Source: Rhodospirillaceae bacterium TMED23 (lineage in GTDB: Bacteria > Pseudomonadota > Alphaproteobacteria > Rhodospirillales > UBA2165). From it: 51,870 nucleotides of DNA. The notes beneath the pieces are model-generated. The model was given only the letters and a program-made list of their open reading frames with translations. It was not told the origin of the DNA and searched no databases. How positions within the stretch are numbered: the first letter of the stretch is position 1; every line of letters starts with the position of its first letter. Where the stretch lies: positions 163,664 through 215,533 of the forward strand of contig NHCC01000022.1 of the NCBI GenBank assembly GCA_002168115.1. Direction: 5' to 3'. A program made the position numbers and the translations under genes. Below, one piece after another: positions 13,010-22,561 of the stretch.

Positions 13010-13885
13010 ATGGCTGTTTTAGTAAATAAAGATACTCGGGTTATTTGCCAAGGGTTTACTGGATCGCAGGGGACGTTTCATTCTGAACAAGCGATCGCAT
13101 ATGGAACAAAAATGGTGGGTGGGGTTACGCCAGGGAAAGGTGGTTCAATCCATCTTGGTCTGCCAGTTTTTGATACCGTAGTTGAGGCAAAGGAACAAGC
13201 AAACGCAAATGCGAGCGTCATCTACGTGCCACCCCCATTCGCAGCTGAAGCAATTCTAGAAGCTATTGATTGCGAAATACCTCTAGTGATATGTATCACT
13301 GAAGGGATTCCTGTGTTGGATATGGTTGAGGTAAAAAAAGCGCTTAAAGGCTCAAATACCCGACTTATTGGTCCCAATTGTCCCGGTGTTATAACCCCAG
13401 GAGAGTGTAAGATCGGTATAATGCCTGGTCATATTCATTCACCAGGAAGAATAGGGGTGGTTTCAAGGTCGGGTACTCTAACCTATGAGGCTGTTGGTCA
13501 AACTTCTGCAGTAGGCCTTGGCCAAACAACGTGTATTGGAATTGGTGGGGACCCGGTGAATGGGACAAATTTTATTGATTGTTTAGAGATGTTTCTTGAT
13601 GATGATCAAACGGAAGGTATCATTATGATAGGGGAGATAGGTGGCTCAGCTGAAGAAGAGGCTGCTGAATTTATTAAGACATCAAAAATTAAAAAACCGA
13701 TGGTTGGCTTTATTGCCGGTATTACGGCTCCACCGGGAAGAAGGATGGGGCATGCTGGAGCAATTATTGCCGGTGGCAAGGGTGGAGCAATGGATAAGAT
13801 TGAAGCACTTCGTGGTGCGAATATTAACGTTGCTGACTCTCCCGCTGCTTTGGGTAGCACAATGTTGGCGACTATGAAGAGCTAA
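13010..13885 (+). CDS. sucD: Succinyl-CoA synthetase alpha subunit
   Basis: ATG 13010 ([18 protein letters not shown]), GPNCPG and RMGHAGA (phospho-His). Confidence 0.98.
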   Translation: MAVLVNKDTRVICQGFTGSQGTFHSEQAIAYGTKMVGGVTPGKGGSIHLGLPVFDTVVEAKEQANANASVIYVPPPFAAEAILEAIDCEIPLVICITEGIPVLDMVEVKKALKGSNTRLIGPNCPGVITPGECKIGIMPGHIHSPGRIGVVSRSGTLTYEAVGQTSAVGLGQTTCIGIGGDPVNGTNFIDCLEMFLDDDQTEGIIMIGEIGGSAEEEAAEFIKTSKIKKPMVGFIAGITAPPGRRMGHAGAIIAGGKGGAMDKIEALRGANINVADSPAALGSTMLATMKS

Positions 13886-13926
13886 CTTCGAGTCTTTGAT
13901 ATATCAAATTACTAAGGATCGAGTTA

Positions 13927-16881
13927 ATGGCGGGTTCAGCCAAAACATTTTTAACGGGCGCAAATGCCGCTTATATCGCAGAATTATACGCCAAATATAA
14001 AGAGAGTCCCCACTCGATTGATCAAAGTTGGATAGATTTTTTTTCCGAATTTTCTGATGATGTGGAATCCATAACAAAAGATTATTTTGGAGCGAGTTGG
14101 TCTCCATCAAGGACCTCAATAATTAGCAATGGTGCTTCGACTAATGAAAACAATATTCAGTCACAAAAGAACTTGGGTGGCGATATTGAGAAAATTGCTA
14201 GAAGGTCGATTAGAGCCCGGATTTTAATTCGTTCTTACCGGGTAAGAGGTCATCTTCATGCTCAATTTGATCCTTTGGGCTTATCAGGCGCGGGGTATCA
14301 TAAAGAGTTAGACTACAGAACCTATGATTTTACTGAGAACGATTTAGATAAAGATATTTATTTAGATAGTATGTCTGCAATGGCGGGAAGAGAAAAAGCA
14401 TCATTAAAAGAAATCCTCAAAATAATGCAAGATGCTTACTGTGGATCCATAGGCGTTGAATATATGCATATTCAGGAGATCGAAGAACGAGCATGGATAC
14501 AAAACAATATCGAAGGCATTGATTATAAATCAGATTATACTTCAGATTTTAGGGCAAATATTTATAAAGATTTGGTAAGAGCTGAAGGTTTTGAGACTTA
14601 TCTTCAAATGAAGCATACTGGAACCAAACGTTTTGGTTTAGACGGTGGTGAGAGCCTCATACCTTTTATGGAAGGCTTATTAACTACGAGTGCATCTGAA
14701 GGTATTGAGGAAATAGTGATTGGTATGCCTCATCGCGGTAGGTTAAACGTTCTAGCTCGCACAATGGGTAAGCCTTACGCCGCCATATTTTCCGAGTTTC
14801 AGGGCAATCTCGCTTATCCAGAGGATGTGCAAGGATCGGGAGACGTTAAATATCATCTTGGCGCTTCAGCAGACCGTGAATTTGGTGATGCAAAAATGCA
14901 TTTATCCTTAACAGCAAATCCATCACATCTAGAATGTGTTAATCCAGTTGTACTTGGAAAGGTTAGAGCCAAGCAAGCGCAAAGATCAGATGAGACGAGA
15001 GAAAAAGTAATGGGGATACTAATGCATGGTGATGCGGCGTTTGCCGGTCAGGGCATAGTGCCAGAAACATTGGATTTGTCTCAAATTAAAGGTTATAGGA
15101 CGGGGGGCACAATACATGTTGTGGTAAATAACCAAATTGGTTTTACTACTAATCCAACCAGTTCCAGGTCAACACCATATCCAACAGATATAGCAAAGGG
15201 TATGCAGGCACCCATATTTCACGTTAATGGAGATGATCCTGAAGCTGTTATTCGCGTCGCTGAGTTAGCAGTTCGTTTTCGTCAAAGGTTTAAACGTGAT
15301 GTGGTTATTGATCTTTTCTGTTATCGACGTCACGGACATAACGAAGGTGATGAGCCCATGTTTACGCAACCAAAGATGTATACTGCGATCGCTGATCACC
15401 CAACCACCCGAGAAATTTATAGGGAAAAGCTTTTGGGTGAAGGCATACTCAAATTGTCTGATATTGAGAAAACTGAGGTAGATTTTAAAAACCATTTGGA
15501 CTCTGAATTTGTGGCAGCTTCAGGATATAAGTCAAATAAGGCTGACTGGCTTGAGGGTAAATGGGAGGGATTGACTGCTTTGAGAGATGAGGAGGAAAAG
15601 CGGGATGAGGAAACTTCAGTTGATATTGATATATTAAAGAGAATTGGTAATTCATTATCGACCATTCCTGAGGGTATTATTATTAATAGTAAACTTATTA
15701 GACAATTAAAGTCTAAGTCTGAAATGATGAGTAGTGGTGCGAATATTGACTGGGCAATGGCAGAAGCCCTAGCGTATGGGAGCTTATTGTTAGAGGGTCA
15801 CCCAGTTCGATTGTCTGGCCAAGACTCTGGCAGAGGAACATTTTCACACCGTCATGCTGCCATTATTGATCAAAAAACTGAGGATCGTTATTTTCCATTG
15901 AGTGAAATTGATAGAGATAATCAGGCTGCATTTGAAATTATGGATAGCCCACTCTCAGAATTTGCTGTTTTGGGTTATGAGTATGGATATTCACTTGCTG
16001 AGCCTAAAACACTTACAATTTGGGAAGCACAATTTGGTGATTTTGCAAATACGGCACAGGTAATTTTTGATCAATTTATATCGTCTGGGGAATCCAAATG
16101 GTTGAGAATGTCTGGTCTAGTGATGCTTCTTCCTCACGGTATGGAAGGGCAGGGGCCTGAACATTCTTCTGCACGACTTGAGCGTTGTCTGCAACTCTGC
16201 GCCGAGGATAATATGCAGGTTGTTAATATTACTTCACCAGCGAATTTTTTTCATGTGTTGAGACGGCAAGTTAAGCGTAATTATAGGAAACCATTAATTG
16301 TAATGTCTCCTAAATCGTTATTACGACACAAACTTAATGTGTCTAGTTTATCCGATATGGCGTCGGAAACTGGTTTTCTGAGAATTATACCCGAGGTTAG
16401 TGATAATATTATTACCGACAAGAAAGTTCGGCGAGTTATTTTGTGTTCAGGTAAAATTTACTATGACTTGTTTGAAAAGCGAGATGACTTAAAGATACGT
16501 GATGTTGTAATCATTAGAATAGAGCAGCTTTATCCTTGGCCACGAGGTGGCATTACAAAACAAATTCGCAGATATGCAAATGCTGAAATTTTATGGGTCC
16601 AAGAAGAGTCTTCTAATCAAGGTGCCTGGCATTTTGTTAATGACCGCCTCAATTACATATTACGTGACATAAACTCTAGTTTACGGGATATATCTCAAGT
16701 ATTATATGTGGGGCGTAAGGCTTCGGCTTCGCCAGCTACAGGGGCGCTAAGTATTCATAAGAAAGAACAGGATATGATAATTAATCAGGCGTTAAATGGT
16801 GAAACGAATAATATGATTCAGCCATTTATGCCTCCCGCTCATAAACCAGAGAAAATAGAAAAGAATAAGAAGAGGAAGTAA
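13927..16881 (+). CDS. sucA: 2-oxoglutarate dehydrogenase E1
   Basis: KRFGLDG, GMPHRGRLN, GDVKYHLG, HGDAAFAGQG (TPP motif), WEAQFGDF and GPEHSSAR. Confidence 0.98.
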   Translation: MAGSAKTFLTGANAAYIAELYAKYKESPHSIDQSWIDFFSEFSDDVESITKDYFGASWSPSRTSIISNGASTNENNIQSQKNLGGDIEKIARRSIRARILIRSYRVRGHLHAQFDPLGLSGAGYHKELDYRTYDFTENDLDKDIYLDSMSAMAGREKASLKEILKIMQDAYCGSIGVEYMHIQEIEERAWIQNNIEGIDYKSDYTSDFRANIYKDLVRAEGFETYLQMKHTGTKRFGLDGGESLIPFMEGLLTTSASEGIEEIVIGMPHRGRLNVLARTMGKPYAAIFSEFQGNLAYPEDVQGSGDVKYHLGASADREFGDAKMHLSLTANPSHLECVNPVVLGKVRAKQAQRSDETREKVMGILMHGDAAFAGQGIVPETLDLSQIKGYRTGGTIHVVVNNQIGFTTNPTSSRSTPYPTDIAKGMQAPIFHVNGDDPEAVIRVAELAVRFRQRFKRDVVIDLFCYRRHGHNEGDEPMFTQPKMYTAIADHPTTREIYREKLLGEGILKLSDIEKTEVDFKNHLDSEFVAASGYKSNKADWLEGKWEGLTALRDEEEKRDEETSVDIDILKRIGNSLSTIPEGIIINSKLIRQLKSKSEMMSSGANIDWAMAEALAYGSLLLEGHPVRLSGQDSGRGTFSHRHAAIIDQKTEDRYFPLSEIDRDNQAAFEIMDSPLSEFAVLGYEYGYSLAEPKTLTIWEAQFGDFANTAQVIFDQFISSGESKWLRMSGLVMLLPHGMEGQGPEHSSARLERCLQLCAEDNMQVVNITSPANFFHVLRRQVKRNYRKPLIVMSPKSLLRHKLNVSSLSDMASETGFLRIIPEVSDNIITDKKVRRVILCSGKIYYDLFEKRDDLKIRDVVIIRIEQLYPWPRGGITKQIRRYANAEILWVQEESSNQGAWHFVNDRLNYILRDINSSLRDISQVLYVGRKASASPATGALSIHKKEQDMIINQALNGETNNMIQPFMPPAHKPEKIEKNKKRK

Positions 16882-18398
16882 TGGCTACCGAAATTAAAGT
16901 ACCCCCATTAGGCGAGTCGTTAACACACGGTACAATAGCTAATTGGCTAAAAAATCTTGGCGATGAGATTAAAGAAGATGAACCTATACTTGAGCTAGAA
17001 ACTGATAAAGTTACTATTGAGGTTAATGCATTGAGTTCAGGTATTTTGACTGAAATTAATGTATCAGTGGGGACTGAGGTTGAAGTCGGGCAGACCTTGG
17101 GGATAATTTCTGAGGTAACAAGTAACGATTATGACAGTTCAATTCAGATAAAAACTGAAAAAGTCGCTTTGGTTGATATAGTTGTTCCTGATCTAGGCGA
17201 GAGTTTAACTGAGGCCAATATATCGCAGTGGCTTAAATCACTCGGCGATAACGTTATTCTAGATGAGCCTTTATTAGAGCTAGAGACAGATAAAGTTACT
17301 ATGGAGATTAACGCGCCTGGAGCGGGACAATTGAGCGAAATTCTTGTTACTGCTGGTAATGATGTTGAGGTAGGAGCCGTTATTGGTCGAATTTCAGCAT
17401 TGGATATTATTGAATCTAAACCAAATTCGATAGATATCAAAAACCTGGAACCCAAGGAATCTAATGATGGCCATCAAATGTCACCAGCTGTAAGAAAATT
17501 GGTTGAAGATAATGATTTAAATATCTCAGAGATTACTGCTACGGGCAAGGATGGTCGCCTTACGAAAGGTGATGTTTTAGCCTTTCAAAAATTGCGGGAG
17601 AATCTTACGACGCAAAGTAAGCCATCTCTTGAGGCGCTTTCGGATTTAGATCCTTCAGGAAAGCAAGCAAACGTGCAAATACCAACTATTCCCAGTGCGC
17701 CTAGAGAAGAACGTGTTAAAATTACTCACCTTCGAAAAGTAATAGCGAGTCGGTTAAAGGAAGCTCAGAACACTGCCGCAATATTAACGACCTTTAATGA
17801 GATTGATATGTCTGCAGTAATGTCAGCGCGAAAACATTTTCAAGAGAAGTTTGAGAAACGTCATGACGTAAGACTGGGTTTTATGAGTTATTTTGTTAAG
17901 GCCGTTATAGTCGCTTTAAAAGAGTTTCCTGCTATCAATGCAGAAATACGAGGTGATGAGATTGTTTATAAAAATTATTATAATATTGGGGTAGCTGTTG
18001 GAACCCCAAATGGTTTGGTTGTACCTGTGCTTAAAGATGCGGATAAACTCACTTTTGCAGAAATTGAAAAACGAATTAAGGACTTTGGATCAAGGGCGCG
18101 CGACGGGAAGTTAACCATTGATGAGATGTCTGGTGGTAGTTTTACAATTACCAATGGGGGTATTTATGGTTCTATGTTATCTACACCAATTATTAATGCC
18201 CCTCAGTCCGGAATTTTAGGGATGCATAATATTGTAGAGAGACCTTGGGTGGTTGATGGTGAGATTAAAGTAAGGCCAATAATGTACCTTGCCCATAGTT
18301 ATGACCACCGGATCGTTGATGGCCGTGAAGCCGTCTCGATGCTTGTTAGAATTAAGGAGTGCATAGAGGATCCGCAGCGCATTATGCTCGACATGTAA
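16881..18398 (+). CDS. sucB: Dihydrolipoamide succinyltransferase E2 with two lipoyl domains
   Basis: Two LETDKV lipoyl motifs, E3-binding SPAVRKL...GKDGRLTKGDV and catalytic SYDHRIVDG. Confidence 0.97.
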   Translation: MATEIKVPPLGESLTHGTIANWLKNLGDEIKEDEPILELETDKVTIEVNALSSGILTEINVSVGTEVEVGQTLGIISEVTSNDYDSSIQIKTEKVALVDIVVPDLGESLTEANISQWLKSLGDNVILDEPLLELETDKVTMEINAPGAGQLSEILVTAGNDVEVGAVIGRISALDIIESKPNSIDIKNLEPKESNDGHQMSPAVRKLVEDNDLNISEITATGKDGRLTKGDVLAFQKLRENLTTQSKPSLEALSDLDPSGKQANVQIPTIPSAPREERVKITHLRKVIASRLKEAQNTAAILTTFNEIDMSAVMSARKHFQEKFEKRHDVRLGFMSYFVKAVIVALKEFPAINAEIRGDEIVYKNYYNIGVAVGTPNGLVVPVLKDADKLTFAEIEKRIKDFGSRARDGKLTIDEMSGGSFTITNGGIYGSMLSTPIINAPQSGILGMHNIVERPWVVDGEIKVRPIMYLAHSYDHRIVDGREAVSMLVRIKECIEDPQRIMLDM

Positions 18399-18443
18399 AA
18401 GAAAAAAAATGATACAATATAAAACCTTTTAGGATGGCTTATA

Positions 18444-19853
18444 ATGACTCAAAATTCTTATGATGTAATATTTATCGGCGGCGGGCCAGGCGGTTACGTG
18501 TCAGCTATTCGTGCATCTCAATTAGGCTTAAAGGTAGCCATAGTAGAAAAGCGTAGTTCTCTTGGTGGTACATGTTTAAACGTTGGGTGTATTCCCTCTA
18601 AGGCATTATTGCACTCTTCCCATCTTTTTGATGAAGCAAAAAAAAGCATGCAGTCACATGGGGTCATTGCAGAAAATGTGAAATTAGATTTATCAAAGAT
18701 GATGGCTAAGAAAGATACAGTTGTTTCAGATACGATTAAAGGTGTCGATTACCTCATGGAAAAGAATAAAATCGAAAGGTTTTTGGGAAGTGGGTCAGTG
18801 AAGTCAAAAGGAATAATAATAGTTAGAGATGATGCAAAACAAACTAAAGAACTTAAGACAAAAAATATTGTTATTGCAACGGGCTCTGAGGTTGCAACTT
18901 TATCCGGCGTTGAAATTGATAATAAACTAATCATTAATTCTACAGGTGCTTTGACTCTGAATAAAGTGCCAAAAAAGATGATTGTTATTGGGGCTGGCGT
19001 TATTGGATTAGAACTTGGTTCTATTTGGAGGCGTTTGGGAGCTGAGGTTGAGGTTATTGAATATTTAGATGTTTGCTTAACAGGATCTGATCTAGAAGTC
19101 TCGAAAGTTATTAAAAGAACGCTTACAAAACAGGGTATGAAGTTTAAAATGGGAACTAAGGTGGTTAGTTCAAAAATGAGTAAGTCATCAGTAACACTCA
19201 CGGTCGAGTCAGTAAATACCGGTAAAAAGGAAGCGATGAAAGCTGACTGCGTATTAGTTGCAGTAGGGAGGAGTCCCTATACAAAAGATCTGGGCTTAGA
19301 AAATATAGGTATTAAAACAGATCAAAAAGGGTTTATAAAAGTCAATGAATGCTTTGAAACAGATATTAAAGGTATCTATGCTATCGGCGATGTAATTGGT
19401 GGGATGATGTTGGCGCATAAGGCTGAAGATGAGGGCGTAATATTAGCAGAGATCTTAGCTGGTCAATCAGGCCATATAAATTATGATACGATACCTGGAA
19501 TAGTATATACTTGGCCGGAAGTTGCTAGTCTCGGTAAAACAGAGGAGCAGCTAAAAAAATCTAATATTGCCTATAAAAAAGGTAAATTCAGTTTTAGTGC
19601 AAATGCGCGCGCGCGGGCGATGGGGGCAACGGATGGGTTTGTAAAAATACTCGCTGATGCGGAAACAGATGAAGTTTTAGGGGTCCATATTGTGGGCCCC
19701 GCTGCTGGTGATTTGATACAAGAATGCATAGTTGCTATGGAGTTTGGTGGTGCAGCTGAAGATATAGCAAGAACGTGCCATGGTCATCCCGGACTAAGCG
19801 AAGTTGTTAAAGAAGCAGCGCTTGATGTTGATGGCCGAGCTCTTCATAGTTAG
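18444..19853 (+). CDS. lpdA: Dihydrolipoamide dehydrogenase E3
   Basis: GGGPGG, GGTCLNVGCIPSK (redox disulfide), GAGVIGLE, LAHKAEDEG and HPGLSE. Confidence 0.98.
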   Translation: MTQNSYDVIFIGGGPGGYVSAIRASQLGLKVAIVEKRSSLGGTCLNVGCIPSKALLHSSHLFDEAKKSMQSHGVIAENVKLDLSKMMAKKDTVVSDTIKGVDYLMEKNKIERFLGSGSVKSKGIIIVRDDAKQTKELKTKNIVIATGSEVATLSGVEIDNKLIINSTGALTLNKVPKKMIVIGAGVIGLELGSIWRRLGAEVEVIEYLDVCLTGSDLEVSKVIKRTLTKQGMKFKMGTKVVSSKMSKSSVTLTVESVNTGKKEAMKADCVLVAVGRSPYTKDLGLENIGIKTDQKGFIKVNECFETDIKGIYAIGDVIGGMMLAHKAEDEGVILAEILAGQSGHINYDTIPGIVYTWPEVASLGKTEEQLKKSNIAYKKGKFSFSANARARAMGATDGFVKILADAETDEVLGVHIVGPAAGDLIQECIVAMEFGGAAEDIARTCHGHPGLSEVVKEAALDVDGRALHS

Positions 19854-19862
19854 CTTTTATCA

Positions 19863-20219
19863 ATGATCCGGATATCCTCTGAAAATGATAGTAATTTAAT
19901 TTACTTTAAAATTATTGGTAAATTAACAGACACTGATTTTAAAGAAATTATACCAGCGTTTGAACAGAAATTAGATAGTTTTAATTAACTAAATATCTTT
20001 GTGGATTTAATAGAACTTGAAGGCTGGACTTGGCGGGCTGCATGGGATGACTTTGCATTCGGAATTAAGTATTGGAAAAACTTAAAAAAAATTTCAATAC
20101 TTGGAGATAAGCGTTGGATAAAACTCTCGGTTACAGTCAGTCATAAACTTATTCCGGCGGAAGTACGCTTTTTCGATAGTTACAGAAAAAAAGAGGCACT
20201 AGACTGGCTAAAATGCTAG
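19863..20219 (+). pseudogene. SpoIIAA-like (STAS/SEC14) protein interrupted by an in-frame TAA at 19986-19988
   Basis: ATG 19863 reads MIRISSENDSNLIYFKIIGKLTDTDFKEIIPAFEQKLDSFN*LNIFVDLIELEGWTWRAAWDDFAFG...EVRFF...EALDWLK in a single frame. GKLT, EGW..AAWDD and A..WL are typical of this family. Confidence 0.75.
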
Positions 20220-20416
20220 ACATTATTGTTTTCTGTAAATGTATAATGTTAAATTATAGCCTTTTTAATAAACGATTGAACGCACCTAAAAATAAAAATA
20301 GTTTAAGTAAGGTTTCTGATTTATTAAAATATATTTTTGGTATACACCTAGTAAATCTATTAAATTTTACAATCAATTCTTACTAATTTACCAAATTTAT
20401 GTGACTGGATTATATT

Positions 20417-21502
20417 ATGTTATTTAAGTGCGCAAATCATTCACCTTCAGATCATTCGCATGGTCACCCTCAAACAGTTGCGAAAGATAATAAACATTTC
20501 ACTGTAGATATTCACTGCCATATACAAGTACCAGAGGCTGATAAAATGCTGCAGCAATTATCGCCAGAAGATACTGGTCGGAGAATGGTTGATACTAATC
20601 CAATCACGGCAACGATTAATTCTAAACTTCAGGATAAAATTCTCCCTCAGTTGACTGATCCAGAAGTGCGTCTTAGGGATATGGACGCGCAGGGCATAGA
20701 TATGCAGGCAATCTCAACATCTCCCTTTCATTATAATTATGGTTACGATGCTGAGTTTGCGAGGGATACATCTCATGTAGTTAATGATAGAATTGCTGAA
20801 ATAGTAGCCAAAAATCCAGATAGGTTTGTCGGATTGGGTACTGCACCCCTACAGAATCCTGAAATGGCGATCCAAGAATTAGATCGTTGTATTGATGAAC
20901 TTGGATTTAAAGGAGTTGAAATTTCTACTAATGTAAATGGTAAAGATCTCACTCGAGCTGGTCTTGAGAAATTTTTTGCACGTTGTGAAGAAAAAGATGT
21001 GATGATATTTATACATCCGATTGGGACTAGTTTTGTTGAACGCATGGATGACCATTATTTTCGAAATACGATCGGACACCCATTAGAGTCTGCACTAGCT
21101 GTTGGGCATTTAGTTTTTGATGGTTATCTAGAAAAATTTCCTGGACTTAAAATTTGTATTGCTCACGGTGGCGGTTATATACCAGGATATTCAGGTCGTT
21201 TTGATCACCCATTTCATCTGCGTGATGACTGTCGTCAAGTTATTTCAAAACCGCCTTCTGAGTATCTTAAAAAACTCTACTTTGATAGTGTTGTATTTAC
21301 TGAACATCAATTGAGGTATTTAATTGAGACTTGGGGTCCTGAACATATTGTGATGGGCACAGACTATCCTTACGATATGGCTGAGCCAGATCCAGTTGGA
21401 CACGTAAATTCTGTCAAAGGCCTCTCTGACGAGGATAAAGCGATGGTAATGGGTAAGAATGCCGCTCGCCTATTGGGCATAGACCTTCCAGTACCAAATT
21501 AA
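20417..21502 (+). CDS. Amidohydrolase_2 family metalloenzyme (ACMSD/LigW-like decarboxylase or hydrolase)
   Basis: Metal motif DIHCH, FIHP, AHGGG, LYFDS and GTDYPYDM. Confidence 0.85.
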   Translation: MLFKCANHSPSDHSHGHPQTVAKDNKHFTVDIHCHIQVPEADKMLQQLSPEDTGRRMVDTNPITATINSKLQDKILPQLTDPEVRLRDMDAQGIDMQAISTSPFHYNYGYDAEFARDTSHVVNDRIAEIVAKNPDRFVGLGTAPLQNPEMAIQELDRCIDELGFKGVEISTNVNGKDLTRAGLEKFFARCEEKDVMIFIHPIGTSFVERMDDHYFRNTIGHPLESALAVGHLVFDGYLEKFPGLKICIAHGGGYIPGYSGRFDHPFHLRDDCRQVISKPPSEYLKKLYFDSVVFTEHQLRYLIETWGPEHIVMGTDYPYDMAEPDPVGHVNSVKGLSDEDKAMVMGKNAARLLGIDLPVPN

Positions 21503-22557
21503 TGCTTTAATTCATTTTTAGGAAACGATAGTTTATGACTCTTTAGTAAACTGGGTACACGCTCTGGATTTGCTCTTCCCCAACCGCAAACAGTTGAGAT
21601 ACCAAATTCTGGAATGACTTTACGTGCAGCGGATATTCTCTCTTCATTACCTTTCGAGTCATCATAAAATAACAACCCTAAGTAAAGTTCGCATTCACTT
21701 GGCATCTTAAGGTCCGCCAAAGGTGAATAAAAACTATCATCTGTTGCTCCATAGGTACCAGGGAGATGAATAAATTCTACAGTTCGTCCTATATTATCAA
21801 AAATGCCATTTGCAAACTCAACTGACATTGAAAAATTCTCTGGCTTAATTATGTGATCGTCTCCGGGGCTTCCGTAACAGATATGATAACCCAGATCTAC
21901 TTCAGCCGGCACAAGATTACCTATACGTGCTAATTGATCGAATACGTCTTGCTTATAAGTATCTGATCTATTTGGAAAATAATTATTGAAAATCAGAACC
22001 TCTTGGCAGACATCCCATTGTATTGCTAATTTATTATTTGGGATGGTATCAACGATCTTTTGAACATCAACAGCCATTGATTTCTCGTATATTTCGAGAA
22101 AATTATCCCTACCATTTGGACTGATATAATTAAAGGCTGTAGCAAAAGGCGTTGGCAAACTAACTTGGAATTTAATATTATCAGGTATTTTTCTATCATT
22201 TTGTAATTGATTGAATTTTTTAAATGATTTGATTGCATGCTCTGAATAACCTATTGGAAATATGAGATTATTAGTGTCAAGATTATCTTTAAGTTTAAGA
22301 AGAGCTACTTCTCTAATTATTTTACCATCCCATTGTTTAAACTTAAACTTTTCAATGGTTTTATCGTGTTCCATGGCGGGGTGTTGGGATAGCATTTGAC
22401 GTTGAAAGAGAATCCAATTAGTTCGCTCTCCTGTTTCTCCATCTGGAATACGCTTTAAATGACCCTCTAAAGAGTCGCAAATCGAACAGAAAACCTCCTC
22501 TGAAGAATTTAGCGGCACGCTTCCAACCAAATGCGCGAGGGTGTTTAATGTGTTCAT
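21499..22557 (-). CDS. Cobalamin-independent methionine synthase catalytic-domain-like (CIMS/MetE core) protein, function unknown
   Basis: HLVGS start, RIPDGETGER..W, Zn-ligand-like HICYG and C-terminal CGWG; only 352 aa, so no MetE N-terminal folate-binding half. Confidence 0.7.
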   Translation of the reverse strand: MNTLNTLAHLVGSVPLNSSEEVFCSICDSLEGHLKRIPDGETGERTNWILFQRQMLSQHPAMEHDKTIEKFKFKQWDGKIIREVALLKLKDNLDTNNLIFPIGYSEHAIKSFKKFNQLQNDRKIPDNIKFQVSLPTPFATAFNYISPNGRDNFLEIYEKSMAVDVQKIVDTIPNNKLAIQWDVCQEVLIFNNYFPNRSDTYKQDVFDQLARIGNLVPAEVDLGYHICYGSPGDDHIIKPENFSMSVEFANGIFDNIGRTVEFIHLPGTYGATDDSFYSPLADLKMPSECELYLGLLFYDDSKGNEERISAARKVIPEFGISTVCGWGRANPERVPSLLKSHKLSFPKNELKH

Positions 22558-22561
22558 AAAT

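Noticed and set aside
19605-19615. (GC)n alternating run in lpdA
   Set aside because: Explained by codons for the conserved N-A-R-A-R-A peptide.
20227-20254. Second dif-like string (TGTATAATGTTAAAT)
   Set aside because: The arms cannot be registered around a 6-bp core; more simply a TATAAT-containing AT-rich intergenic stretch.
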